From: the human T2T-CHM13v2.0 reference genome, Homo sapiens
DNA length: 64,000 nt
Assembly (NCBI RefSeq): GCF_009914755.1
Contig: NC_060930.1
Reading direction: 5' to 3' (one strand)
Shown here: one piece after another, positions 1 through 14,603 of the stretch
How positions within the stretch are numbered: position 1 is the stretch's first letter
Layout of the letters: the number at the start of each line of letters is the position of its first letter
Made by a program: the position numbers and the translations under genes
Notes under the pieces: model-generated
Seen by the model: the letters and a program-made list of their open reading frames with translations, nothing else
What the model was told of the DNA's origin: nothing
Database searches by the model: none

Positions 1-2029
1 GTGACTCTACCACTCTGGTCTGTCAACAGAATAGTTTTTATGGGACCCTCATACGGGTCAGGGACTCTGTTATGTGCTGCAAGGGATTTGCAGGGAGCAA
101 GAGAGAGGTCCTTTCCCGCAAAAGACTTACGGTCAGCCCCTAAGCTTCTCGGTGAAGGGAAGAGCAACATTGAACATCCGTCTTGGACACCTTGCCCCTT
201 GGTTCTTCTATCTCACGAGTGCCTCGCAGTGGCTCTGCCTGTGGTCCCTTACTCATGTTCTCTGGACCAGGGTTGTTAACCATAGCAGGTTAGAACTGCC
301 CATTTATTCTAAATACAACAGCCAACTACCATCTTTATTTCAACCCTCACTTCCCACCACTTCTTCTCTAGTCTCAAAATGCCTTTCAGCATAGGCAGGA
401 AATATGACAGAAGAAAGTCCCAGTCGAACAAACAATAACCGAAAATGCTCTTTGTTGCTGGGCCTTGGCGATCAAAGCCCTGCACATGTTTGCCAGCTGT
501 AGTTCAGATGGTTTCTATTTCACTCAGCATTAATTTTTTATGAAATCTGTGGCCCAGGGGCCCATAAGCGGCTTTCAGTTCTTCATTCTATACTGTCTGG
601 TCTAATTGCCAAGGCATGGTAAGACTCAGATTTTAAGGCGTCGTTAATGTATTTACCAGCCTTCCGGTCTACAGGCAGGCTCACCTCTTTGTGTGGGATT
701 TTAATCATGTTTTGTTTTTAGAAAGGAAATGAAGGTATTCTTGGACTAAATATACTTGCTTTTCTTTGGATTTATTATCAGTATTTCACATCAGCGAGAC
801 AGCATACACAACACTGCCAATCCCAAACCTCAGACTTTATCTTCCAGTTTAAGTTTGATTCTTAAGAAGCATATGGAGTCTGTGCAGTGGAGGTAAGGCC
901 TGTTTAAAATGAAGGCTGTTGTTTGTATGAAACATGCTTATTTAGTAGTTTATGATAAGGGGCCTGCTGACCCCAAAGGCTATCTTTCTTCTCACTTAGC
1001 AGCAGCAGCCTGGACTTTGTTTCAGATCGTCTCTGGATGCTGTAGCAAAGCCAGCAAGTGACTCACTGTCTGTCCTCAAACTCTTTGCAGCCCCCATTAC
1101 TGAAGAGCCCCACAGACAACTTAGAAAACACAGTGATGGGAAAGTGACAGTGTTTGCAGAGTTGCTGGTTGCCAGGGGTCTACATGCAAGGCCAGTGCCG
1201 CGATCATTTTCATGAATTTCAGATGTCCTTTCTCTTGCCAACTTCGTGTGTTTTCTGAAAAATAATAAGAAAAAAAAAAAAACCCAGTCATCTGGCCTTA
1301 CTTCCTTAAACCGAAGCTATTAGAGGTATCCAGGATCTGACTAGGGCAGCTAATTTTCTTTCAGTAGTGATTATAGCTGCACACCCTGCACAAACCGCAT
1401 GCAAGACTCCCCCTCAACATAATTTTACATGCTTCACTTCTCCAATTGGCTCCAACTGTTAACAGAGCCCAGGTTTTGCATACACAGCCACACTTGGGGA
1501 GAAAGAAAAATACTTTGTTGCAGGCAGTTTTGCCTTGATACTTGGCACTACTCCATTTCCTGACTGCGTTACACTCCCTTCCCTCCCAGGTACCTGAGAC
1601 TTCTTCATGCATCTGAGTGTCTGGCTTTTGATGCAGCTCCTGGTTAGGAACCAGCCCTCTCCATGGTCATTAGCTTCCTTTTTTTTAAAAAAAAACCAAA
1701 AAACTACCATCTAGTAGGCAGCTTCTTCGGCACTATTGTTAATCTGAGAATTTGCTAGTACTTAACTCACTCTTCACACGCCAGAAAAATCTCTATTCTT
1801 TGAAGTGTCTAAGTGTGTGATGGCTGAATGTGTTGGGAGGAGCTGTGTTTCAATATGTTTTTTACTTTTGTTCTCAGGCCAGAGAAATTTCATTCAGTTT
1901 CATGTGTTCAGTCCTTGAAACAAAAGGCAGTGCTTCTATTTGAAGCTTTGGTTCATTTAAAGGAAGTAATCAATTCTGTTCTGTGAGTATTCACTGAATA
2001 CTTCCTAGGACCTATGAACTGATTCATGC

Positions 2030-2191
2030 CAGAGGCTGCAGGGCCTCTCAAAAAAAAAACCAATGTGTACCACAATCCTCTAGAGGCTTTCTGATTAGAC
2101 AGATTGGGAGCAGGGTCCAGTTCATAAGCATTTCTGAAACATCCCAAGGGAATGCTGACGTTGCCTCGGTGGACCCCCTTTGAGTAACACT
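2030..2191. mobile_element. MER5-family hAT-Charlie MITE, degraded
   Basis: ttctgattagacagattggg...gcatttctgaaacatccc...ctttgagtaacactg resembles the MER5A/B right half. Confidence 0.55.
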
Positions 2192-2521
2192 GCTGAGAGA
2201 GACACCTTAGTAAATGCTCAGGGTTTTGTGGGAAGACATTGAAACACATCTGAATTAGACAGTAAGACAACCAGTAACACAAATAATTCAAGCCCCAAAA
2301 TGCACTCTAGAGATATAGAATGCCAGTGGCCTTCAGGAGGTGATAGGAATCACCAACCACTGTGGACCAAAAGTGTCAGATTAGTCGCCGCTATCTGGGG
2401 TAGGGTTTTGGAGGCAGTCGGGTTTGGAAGAAAGTGTATGATGTGGATAGGTGGGAAGGGAGAAGAAGGCTTCCTGGACAGGAGGATAAGGTAACAAATA
2501 ATGATATGTTTGGACTGAGAG

Positions 2522-3079
2522 CTGATGCATAGTTTCTGCAGAAATAAATGAAGACCAACCAAATGAGAACCAGAAAACTATTTATTCAGAGCTTGCAAGA
2601 CAGTTAGTCACCATCACTTGCATTTTGGCAGAAATCCAAAGGCAGGCAGAGGAGTGGGAAAGTTTTAGAGTGGCAGAAAGGGAAGGTTCCAGTGTGCGCT
2701 GATTAGAGGCTGTTGGCATGAGGAAGCTGGAGGTGGCTCACTAGAAATGGGAATCCCATTTGATTGGTTAGGGGGTATATTTTGCTTTTTCCAGTTGGTC
2801 CTAAATTGGAAGGATGGACAAAAATTAAGGAAGCTGTAATTTATTGATCAAGTCCTGGCCATTTTTGACAATTGTTATAGAAGTTATTGCTTGACTTCCT
2901 GAGTTGTTATGAGAGATAAGAACTTACTTTCTACAAGTCTGACTTATAAGTAGCATACTGGCTTCCTTGGCTGGCTACATAGAGGTGGGATAGTCTCCAG
3001 GGCAGGTTGCTGCAGGCTGTGGGTTGTAGTTCTGTTTTTATATATGGTCTGGCCATTGATGTTTGTACATTCACTCTCT
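2522..3079 (-). mobile_element. ERV1 solo LTR, MER67-like
   Basis: Reverse complement begins gagagtgaatgtacaaacatcaatggccagaccatatataaaaacagaactacaacccacagcctgcagcaacctgccc; AATAAA near the other end (plus tttatt ~2581). Confidence 0.65.
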
Positions 3080-4364
3080 TGTTTCTGGATTTTTGGGGTT
3101 TGCCCTGATGTCATCTCTCTTTTCATATTTTTTCTTCTTCATTTTTTGAGATTATGGGCTTCTAGCCTCATTCCACTTCGCCAATGACTTTTGAGAGTTC
3201 TCTCCTTATTTTCTGAGCACTCAGGAGCCCTTCTATGTTCTATTTATTCTCTCATCCCTCAGATTGATGATGAGGAACTTCTCCTGGAGGAGCAGATGTT
3301 GGTTCAGTTGCTCCTGAGTGAAGCCCAATCCTCAGGTTCCATCACTATTCACAGGGTGACAGCTATCGCTTGTATGGAGATACCAAAGCTGCATGGGAGA
3401 CATCAAGGACCAGGGGTCACAGTTCTCTCCTTGACCTCATATGGAAGGACAATTGAGTGCTCTCTGCAAGAGCTTCCAAGTCCCCAGGTAGAGGGAACCC
3501 TGCAGGCTCCCCTTGGATAAATGCAGATGCAGGCACTGGGCCCTCTGCGAGTGTCTCGAAATGGAAACTCTGCAGATGGGGTCTTTGCTGCCAAAGCTAA
3601 CATCCTAAAGGCTCGTGGCCCCAAACAGCTGAGCGGGGTCACCTCTTTTTCCAGCAAGCGCTTAAAAAGGCTCCATATCAGTGCTCCCCAGACACCACAC
3701 TGAAGCTTTGCAGGACAACTCTCTGTTCTCACCATCTGTCGGCAGCTGCTTTGGCCACAGCAGTCAGCTGCCAACTTCTATCTTCCATCAGAGATGGCCT
3801 TCCTTCAGGCTTCTTGACCAGCTCTTTGATGGCACATAACCTTTTAGCCACCTCTCTAATTCTGCAGGTGGCTCACCATGGTTTATTTATGCCATTTCTT
3901 TGGCTCTCTGAAACTCCTCTTGGGGTGGCTCCCAGGAGGTCTAGGGAGCCGTGAGCACCTAATTAATTTTCCATGAGAAGCTCATGTGTTGGGCCATCCT
4001 TTCTCATTTTTTTTTTCAGAATTGCTTATTTGCTGCACTTATAGTCATTTCTCATGGAAAAATTTGACATATAAATCCATCATATATTAGATTATTCCAG
4101 TAAACTAAAATGGCCATAGGCACTCAATGTAAAATATTTTAGCATTTAAAACATCCATAGCAAAGGTTTTTCATTTATAATAATCATAGATATTATTAAA
4201 GTAAATAATACATGTGGGAGCTAGGGCTTTTTCACCTTTGAATTCAGACATGTTGGGTGTGTTCGGGTATGTGCATTTATTTTTTCTGGGCAGAAAACAA
4301 ATATCTTTGTGATGGTTACATAAACGATGAAAAATTAAGTTATTGAAATAATGATTCTGTTATG

Positions 4365-4855
4365 TATATTGAAATTAGAGATTAGCTGCTCCTCGATATC
4401 CATTTTCTTTTTCTTCTATAATAATTGAACCTCCAGTATTTAGCTATGCACTTGTCTGCAAGAAGAATCCTACTTTCCAACTTTTCTTGTGTGTGGTTAT
4501 GGCCAGATGACTAAACTGTAGAGAAAGGGGTATAAATGGAGATATGTGTGTGTGAAATTTCTGGCATGAGTCCTTAGAAGGTGGGGATGTGCCCTTTCTT
4601 GACTTATTTTCCTTTCTTCTGGCTGGAATGTGAACGTGATGGCTGGAGCTAAAGCAGCCATGTGGATCACATCGGGAAAGCCTTAAGGATGGTGTATGAA
4701 GCAGCCAATCAGAAGGAGCCTGAGCTCATTCCAGCCCTGGATCACCTCCTCAGCCTCTTAAGTGAGAGTTAAATAAACATTTGATCACTTTTTAAGGAGC
4801 ACTGTTATTCTTGTTTTTTAATCGCTTGTAACCAAGCCTGATCATAACTAATAAA
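4365..4855 (+). mobile_element. MaLR LTR, MLT1J-like
   Basis: ggctggaatgtgaacgtgatggctggagctaaagcagccat ... gaaggagcctgag ... aaataaac ... taactaata. Confidence 0.7.
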
Positions 4856-6146
4856 ACACCAAAATAATCAAATATAAAGGAATACATTTTGCATTGTCCT
4901 TTAAAAAGATGGAAGGAACATTCATGCCACAAAGGACTGCCTAAATCCACCCAGAAGCATATTCACCAGAGTCTCAAATAGTAGCTCATCATGGTCACAG
5001 TCTTCAGTGTGTTAGAGCTGCTCATACCTTCAGGATACTGCAGAGGTCTTACTTCTAGTCACTCATGTTTGCCTTTGGATCATCACCAAGAATAAAACAA
5101 TGTCAAATATGTTAAGCAGATAGGACATCATAGCACCCACAAAATCTCAGTTTAGAAATGATAGAAGGATGCATTTTCTTAAAAAAAAATAAAATCACAA
5201 TAGGGGTAACCTAAAATAATTGGATGGTCAAAGCCAGTCTTCACTGTCACAATGTCAAATACATTTAGGGACAAACAGGTAACGTTAATGTAGTGTGATT
5301 TAGGACACCTGAGTGTCAGGAACACGTACTCAAACCTGAGAGTCCCTGTTCTGTCTGAACACACTCAGATTTTTCTAAAATACATGTCTGGCTAAATAAA
5401 ACTTGTCTGTGAGCTGGTCCTATTCCCAGGCCACCAGTTCGTGCTCCCAATAAGTTTTTTTCAATATTTTCATTGGATTACAGTAGACTTCATTGTTGGG
5501 GTAAGACATGATCTCAGGCTTCCATTATAATTAAGGGGAAGACAAGATGGGTCAGTATAGGTGACTTTTAGAACCTGAAATGCCTCACTGGGCTCAAGGA
5601 TTATAATCTGGGATGGTTATCTTCGAGCTTGGCGTGAAGTGTGGTGGCCACGAGAATGATCCATATTAGAAACCTAAATACTAGACAGACAAAGAAAGGA
5701 AGTGCACATCCAGGGTTGAGACCAAGAGAACTAGGGGTTCAAATACAGAGAGTAAGCCATCAGTCTCTGAGCAAGAGACAAGAAATAACCTGAACAGGAA
5801 GTAAAATTTAAAAGAAAATTTAAATTAAACAAATACAATTCATGTCTTGTATGTTGTATATAAAAATTAGATTTAAGTTAAGAAAGGATAATATGCAGAC
5901 AACATAGACCTTATGCAGATAGGCTAACAGCCATTCTTCCCATCGACCCACACAAAAATAAAAGGCTCAAAAATAATTACGTAAAATCAGGATTTATAAC
6001 AATGCCTCGAGTTAACAACCCGCCTACTTGGTTAAAGTTCCCTTTAATTTAAACAGGTGACATGATTCTGAAAGTTATTAAGACTACGTCTGTTTCCTTC
6101 AAGCTCTAATTTGATTATTGACAAGTATAAAAGATTATTTCATAGA

Positions 6147-6196
6147 TTGTTCTTAATATAGGCTATGCTGGTTGTTCTTAACATAGGCTATGCTGG
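6147..6196 (+). repeat. 25-bp tandem duplication
   Basis: ttgttcttaa(t/c)ataggctatgctgg twice, one mismatch. Confidence 0.9.
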
Positions 6197-6789
6197 TCCA
6201 ACTCCTCTTATGACAAAGCTGACAAAAATTCAGAAAATGAAACACATTTTCCTATAACATTACTTTTTTTCCAATGTGTACCACTGTAACTGAATTAACA
6301 TTACTTGGCTAGAAAAACATAGATAATTTTGTTTGGGTGGGAAAAAAACTAGAATATTAGAAGAAACTATGAGAAACTATATACTAAAAAAGGGGGCAGG
6401 AAATGAGCCACAAATCTTAAGGTTTATTATTGCATCCTTCACTTGTGAGCTATCTGCACTCTAGTGAAGAGAGGTAGCATATAAAAAATTTTGCCAAAGA
6501 AGTTCAATATATGGGAATCAACATATAGACACCTAAAAGGAGGTAAAACATAGCTCAATAGTATCAGCCCAATTTCTCACATCTTTACTGTGGGACAGAT
6601 GGAGAAACAAATTGACATCCAAAAGGTCACTGATTTTGATATTCCTAGGACAGAAATGCTCCCAACTGGGAGTAAATCCACAAGTCACTGAAGTGTGGAG
6701 GACTAATCCACTTTATCACCTTCATCAAATATTTAGAAATGGTAACATTACTCATTGGAAAACCACTAAGGGGATAAGAAAGAAATGTT

Positions 6790-7084
6790 GGCCGGGCACA
6801 GTGCCTTACGCCTGTAATCCCAGCACTTTGGGAGGCCGAGGTGGGCAGATCACCTGAGGTCAGGAGGTCGAGACCAGCCTGGGCAACATGGCAAAACCCT
6901 GTCTCTACTAAAAGTACAAAAATTAGCCAGGAGTGGTGGCACATGCCTGTAAATCCCAGTGACTCAGGAGGCTGAGGCAGGAGAATCGCTTGAACCTGAG
7001 AGGCAGAGGTTGCAGTAAGCGGAGATCGAGCCAGTGCACTCCAGCCTGGGCGACAGAGCAAGACCCCGTCTCAAAAAAAAAAAA
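6790..7084 (+). mobile_element. AluS (Sx-like), full length
   Basis: ggccgggcacagtg...gtctc(A)n; flanking aaagaaatgtt / aaaggaatgtt TSD. Confidence 0.95.
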
Positions 7085-8193
7085 GGAATGTTTAGGTTCT
7101 CTGGTTTAATATATGCACAAGCTGGACACTTTATTAAAACATTAGAATTGTTTTCCCATGAAGACAAAAACCTACCTGTGGGAATTTGAGAAACACAGTT
7201 GATGGGACTATGTCTCCAAAAGATTTGCATATGTCTTTGTATAGAAACACTAAAATCTCTCACACACAGATTACAATGGAAGAGATCTGCAGTCACAGGC
7301 CAGATGAAAATGCTTGGTCTGCCAGCCCAGTGACTGATGTTTTACATTAAGGATTGGACTTTAAAGATTTACCTTAAAGACTGAGTTGCTGGCCTGAAAC
7401 AGAATACCAGCGAGGTTTCCCACTGGAATCTCTTCATCCCAGAAAATTGTTTCAGGGACATGAACCCAAAAAATCCCACTAAACTGTATGCAGCTATTTT
7501 TGGAATAATTAAGTATAAGCCCTTCTAAATGTAGAGTTGATTAGTAAAATAAGTGTTATCCCAGGATTCACTGCAAATATTGTTCAGTTAAATAACCCAT
7601 TAAGCACAAGCTTCAAAACAGCAATTTCTTTCTAATAATTGTAAAGTTTTGCACAACTAAACAATAAAAGCCAAATAATCCACTCACAATAAAACCTGGT
7701 TGGATAAGATACAGAAGGTTATGCTATGAAACAACAGCCATCACAAATTAATACAGTTTTGCTCCCCAAGTACTATAGTTCTTTTTCGGAACATTGGTTG
7801 CCCTTTTAAAATTTTATTGATAAGGAAAAAAAAACAGCTACACAAGACCAGGATGTTGAAAGGTAATCTATATCCTCAAAATAAACTAAAGGTTATTGTA
7901 AATAAGTTAAATAAGTTATATCACATAAACTGCATTTACCTTTCCCCTCTACAAGTTATGGTACCCACCAGAGGCTGGAATCCCAAAGCAATGAAAAGAC
8001 AATTAGAATTATATGCCTTGGTTTTGTTTTTATTAGTCAGAATGAAAAAAAAAATAACCTGGTGTTGAAAGCACAATGGATTTGAAATAACACCTAAGTC
8101 AGAGTCATAGCTGTGCCACCTTCGGCTGTGCAACTTGGGAAACTCAATTTATTTGTTGTCTTGAGTTCCTTTCCTATAAACTGCAAAATTTGA

Positions 8194-8515
<322 letters not shown>

Positions 8516-8699
8516 TAGATTATTTCTAAAAGCTTTTCAAGATCTGACATTCGTATAATGATGAGCAGCTATTCTTTCCTTTAGGAATTCCTGGTGGGCT
8601 TTGCTGTCATTTCTTCATAACGCCTACTGGGGACACTATTGCTTTCTCCCTTAGTATCTTTCTTGTGACAACCGCATGCCTGGAGGTAATCAATTTCCT

Positions 8700-9068
8700 T
8701 TGGTGGTTGGTGGTTCATAAATGGGCATGGGACTTAAGTTAGGGACTCTAAGATCAGGGATTCTGGGAAAGTTCATTCTTAATTTTCTGCAAAAACTTCT
8801 GAAAATAACTCTGCTTTCTTTCTTTGAACTTGGCTGGGTGCAAAATGCGAAATCTGAAGTGTTAGTACTATCTCTCTACCACTCTAGAGGTGAAGCCAAT
8901 GTGTGGAGAAAAGCTGAGTCCAAAGACTGTCAGGAAAAACACATCCAGAACCACAGGATTAAGTCAGCAAGGAAGCCAGCCCTACTCCGAACTTTCAGTT
9001 GTGTGAGCCAACACATTTTCTATTGCTCCAGCCACTTGGAGTTGATGTTTTATATAACCAAATAGAAA
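8700..9068 (+). mobile_element. Old MaLR LTR fragment (MLT1K/L-like)
   Basis: gaagccagccctactccgaactttcagttgtgtgagccaacacattttc...ccacttggagttg resembles an MLT1 3' end. Confidence 0.5.
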
Positions 9069-9073
9069 TCTGA

Positions 9074-9415
<342 letters not shown>

Positions 9416-11093
9416 CATTTCTGCTTATGTTTCCTCTGCATCCACTCTGCATGCCGTGGTAGAAGTCCTAAGAGTGATTCACCTGCAATGTGTCCACTTG
9501 ATCTAGAATCTCAGAGGGCTTATTTTATGTGTGTACAGTAAAGGAAAGTGACAGGTTTGAAATTCACCTGAAAATGGCTAAATAAATGAAGAGAACATAT
9601 AACTTAAAACCAAATAAAATTGAGGGAGATAATAAACGCCAGTTTGGAGTTTAGCTCTTTCTGTCATGACATTATTTGAGTTCTGCCAGAGATGGTTTTT
9701 TTTTCCCCCACAAACTGAAAGATGTCTCTTTTAATTTCTCAGTAATGGTGGGAGCAATGTTACATGTCTATTCTTAGCCTTCAACCTTTATTTTGCTTCT
9801 CCCTTGGAAACTAGATCATCTATAAAAATATAAGAAGACAGACCCTCATCTGTACTTTGCAAACAAATAAGAAAATTAGGTTGTTCTCCTTTCAACTGTA
9901 CTTTTTAAGAGAGAAGGAAGACAGTGGAGAACAAATCTTAATTGAATTAAAAACCACATTATTTTTATAGCTGTGAGTTTAAATCATTTTCCTTTAAGAA
10001 TTTTTAATGTTCATTCAGAAAGTCTTATATCTTAAATAGATTTTTGTAAATAAGTGCATTGGGTTAAATGTTAATTGACTTATACGTGAAGCACCAAATA
10101 GTTAAAACCATCTGTCATAAGCCTTAGATACCAAGAACTTTACTAGGTTACCCTGAATGTCTTCCAATGGTCACTTCTGACATTTTCTGACATGCTTCCC
10201 AGAACTTGGGGACAAAGGAACATCTGGCACCACATATAAAATTTATCATTACATAAACCAAAGATGCTGAGGGCATCCTCATGAAAGCAGTACACTGCAA
10301 AGAAATTGAGTTTCAACGGTGATTGATCACTATTTGATTTGTGCTGTTAATTCTTCCAAGAAATTTCATAAACAAATAAGGCAAAATCACATTTATATAA
10401 CATTTTATCATGTACAGATCCCTTTTACATTCATGGTTTCATCTGTCTTCTATAAGAACTCTGTGAGAGAGCTAGCCATACCCATATTTTGTTTTTAGAT
10501 GAAAAAAACTAGGCTTAGAAAGATGAAGGGCTCTGACTAGGTCACACAGCTAGTAAGAGTAACACTAGCAGTTCTCAGGTGCTCTTTTCACCTACCTGAT
10601 GGAGCCTCAGGTTGGATTGAATGGCTTCTTCAGAGAACCACTTCCAGGTTACAAAGAAAAAGAAGTGATACCTGATTTGAGTTCTCTCGGAACAGGATGT
10701 TCATAGACCCCAGGAACAAAGAAATGAAGGCAACTTTAATGGCTGGAGAATGTGGAGAGGAAGAGGACTGAATGACAGGGTCAAGACCAGGTGAAGGTAG
10801 AGCTACCCCCAGAGAAACATGTGGCCTTTGTTAAATCACTAGGGACAGGCACTAACTTTGAGGACATTTGGGCCAAATACTGTGCGAGGTGCCCAAATTC
10901 CTCATATAATTTTCTTAAAAACTTGTTTCCCAAGTGTGGAAAGATTCACTAACTCTCCCAGATCTACATAAATGGAAAGGAGAATTGGCATATTTGGTTC
11001 TCAAGCCCTCCCTGGCCTCAGTGTCCTCACTGACTTTGTTGATTTCTAACAGTCTCTTCCATCTCTCAAATTCTGAGTTGGCTTTAGTACTAC

Positions 11094-11455
11094 TGATATG
11101 GTTTGGCTGTGTCCCCACCCAAATCTCATCTTGAATTGTAATCCCCATAATCCCCATATGTCGTGGGAGGGACCTGGTGGGAGGTAATTGAATCATGGGT
11201 GCAGTTCCCCCATGCTGTTCTTGTGATTGTGAGTGAGTTCTCAGAGGTCTGATGGTTTTATAAGTGTCTAGCGTTTCCCCTGCTGTCTCTCATTCTCTCT
11301 CCTGTCACCCCTTGAAGAGGTGCCTTCCACCATGATTTTAAGTTTCCTGAGCCCTCCCTAACCATGCAGAACTGTGAGTCAATTAAACCTCTTTTCTTTA
11401 TAAATTAACTAGTGTTGGGCGTTTCTTCACAGCAGCATGAGAACAGCTGAATACA
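11094..11455 (+). mobile_element. THE1 (C/D-like) MaLR solo LTR
   Basis: TG...CA ends (tgatatggtttggctgtgtccccacccaaatctcatcttgaattgta ... aataca), ATTAAA signal, perfect 5-bp TSD actac (11089-11093 and 11456-11460). Confidence 0.93.
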
Positions 11456-11869
11456 ACTACAGTTCACTAACGAATCAAACTCTCCCGGTTGACTTCATTC
11501 CCCTGTAATGTGGTTCTTTGTTAATTTGAAATTTAAACTAGTAAATTGTGACGTACCTTACAGATCGTTATGGCTCAACAGTATTAGTTTCCTGTTATTG
11601 TTGCCATTGTAAAGGCTTTGGTTTTATTTGTTTTCTTTTTGGCTTTACGTTTTTCTAATTATTTGCTAATATCTAATTTAGATATTCTTTATTTCACCAA
11701 ATCATGCATTTGGAAAGACTACTCATATTTTGCCTGTTGTTTTGCAATCCAAATAACATACCATCAGGCAATCAGAATAACATCCTTTCTTTTTACAAAG
11801 ACTGGCCAGTTTTTACTTATCTTAGAAAGCAACTGAATATGGACTCCAGTATGAAACATAAACACTTTT

Positions 11870-12520
11870 TGCTTTGTGCCAGATTTGGAAAATTTGCAGC
11901 CTCTAGTTCTTCAAATATTTTTTCTGCCCCATTCTCTCTTTCATGTTGGGATCTTAATTAAATATATGTTATGACTGTGGATATTGTTCCACTAAAGCCT
12001 GTTCATGTTTCCCCCAATCTTTTAGTGTCTGTTCTTCAGACTGAATAATTTCTATTAATCTATTTCTGTTTATCTTTTTCTTATGTTACCTCTAATCTGC
12101 TGTTAAGCCCACCAGTGAATTTATTATTTGAAATTTTATTTTATTGATTTATTTTTGTCCTAGAATTTCCATTAATTTCTTTTTGATCCTTTATTTTCCC
12201 TATTAAGATTTTCCATATGTCCCTATATGAGATTTCCTATGTATTCTTTCATTATGACTAAAGCAGTCTTTATCTTATTGAGCATGGTTATAATAACTGC
12301 TTTAAAATACTTCTCTAGTAACTTCAATATCCAAGTCATCACAGAGTTGGTCAATATTAATTTCTTTTCTCTAGAGCATGGGTCATGTTTGACTGTTTCT
12401 TTGTATGTATGGTAATCCTGCATTGCATCCTGGACATCATGAATGATATTTGTAGACACCATGAATTTTGTTATGTTCCCCCAAATAGTGTTGATTTGCA
12501 TGTTTGCTTATTTTAGCAGT
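11870..12520 (-). mobile_element. Old L1M fragment (ORF1 region)
   Basis: gatttggaaaatttgcagcctctagttcttcaaatattttttctgcccc; T-rich antisense L1M ORF1 pattern. Confidence 0.7.
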
Positions 12521-13889
12521 TAGCTCACTTAACTAAGTTTATTCCCATTACAAGAAGTGAAATTCCTAAACCCTTCATTTTAAAAGCACATGAAAAATCT
12601 GATATTAATCAGCCACTTCTTCTGAACTTATTACCTGAAAAAATATCATTCCACCATAAAGCAAATCAAACAGAGGGACCTGAGTAGATGTTTACAGAGC
12701 TCTTTAGTTTGTAGAGACTTCTCCTTCAAATAATAATAATAATAATAACAATAAAATTCTCTCATAGCTCTTCTGTTTTCCAAAACTAAGGGAGTTAATC
12801 AATTTGTTAGATTATGAAAGCATATGCGTCTATAATTTTATCAGTTTTCGGGTAGGTATTTAAACTCTATAAACCAGATCATCATTTAGGGGATTTCATA
12901 TGACATTGTACTTAAATGACTTACACTTCTTGGCTGAACCAAATTTGATCTCCAAGAAAAGTCTTTGATTAATGAAACTACATTATTTATTATTACACAA
13001 ATCATAGAAAACAAAAGAGTAGCTTTTAACAAAATTCGTCTATGTAACACAGGGTGAAGGACTATAGGGAATAGATCCAGCAGACAGAAAAAGAAATCTA
13101 CATTCTGAGTTGGCTGCAGAACAGCTCAGACATGGCCAACTCCAGCTTGAGCTCCAGACAGTTGCACTGGTGCTCTGCTGGGAGATTTCAGGACAAAGTA
13201 ATTTTGCAAGAGAAGGATCAACTTGAGATAGGACTCTGAAGTTTTTATTATTCACAGTACTTAAAGGTCTGGGATAACATATTTTAAGAACCCAAAGCAA
13301 GATGCTCAAATCAATTCTTACAGTTGGTCTCAAAAATAGATACACATAACTAGATGTTAGGACCAGGTTTTCTCCTGTTGCAGGGTTTCAATAACCAATA
13401 ATGTTCCATTGGAAAACAGCTGCTCACAAGTCAGTTTATAAGCTCCTTTTTTGGTTAGTAAACAGTCTTCAATAATTGTAGCTGACCCATACTTAATTTT
13501 GCTGGAAATTGTTTTGCTTCTTTCTAGAGAAGCTTCTATTCATCAATGTAAGGAAGAATGCAGAACCTCCACAGAAAGGAATTTAACCTCTAAGAATCAC
13601 TACTCTAGAAAATGATAAAAATAAAACCACTGAACTTGTTAATAGTAGAAGATTACTTAAAATGTTTTCATCCACTCATTACTGAATTTCATGTAAGAGA
13701 TGTGTAATATTTAGAACTAAAGAAAACTTTACAGATCACATAATCAAACCCCTTTTGTTTCCAGGCTTGGACACTAAGGCCCAAAGCAGAGGTTTGGTTC
13801 TGCATCTACCTGTGTGCTAGCTGCTCCACTGTGTCCCTAAATTTACTTCATAAGGCTGTTTTTTTTTTCTGAGATAGATACGGAAAAGA

Positions 13890-14603
<714 letters not shown>

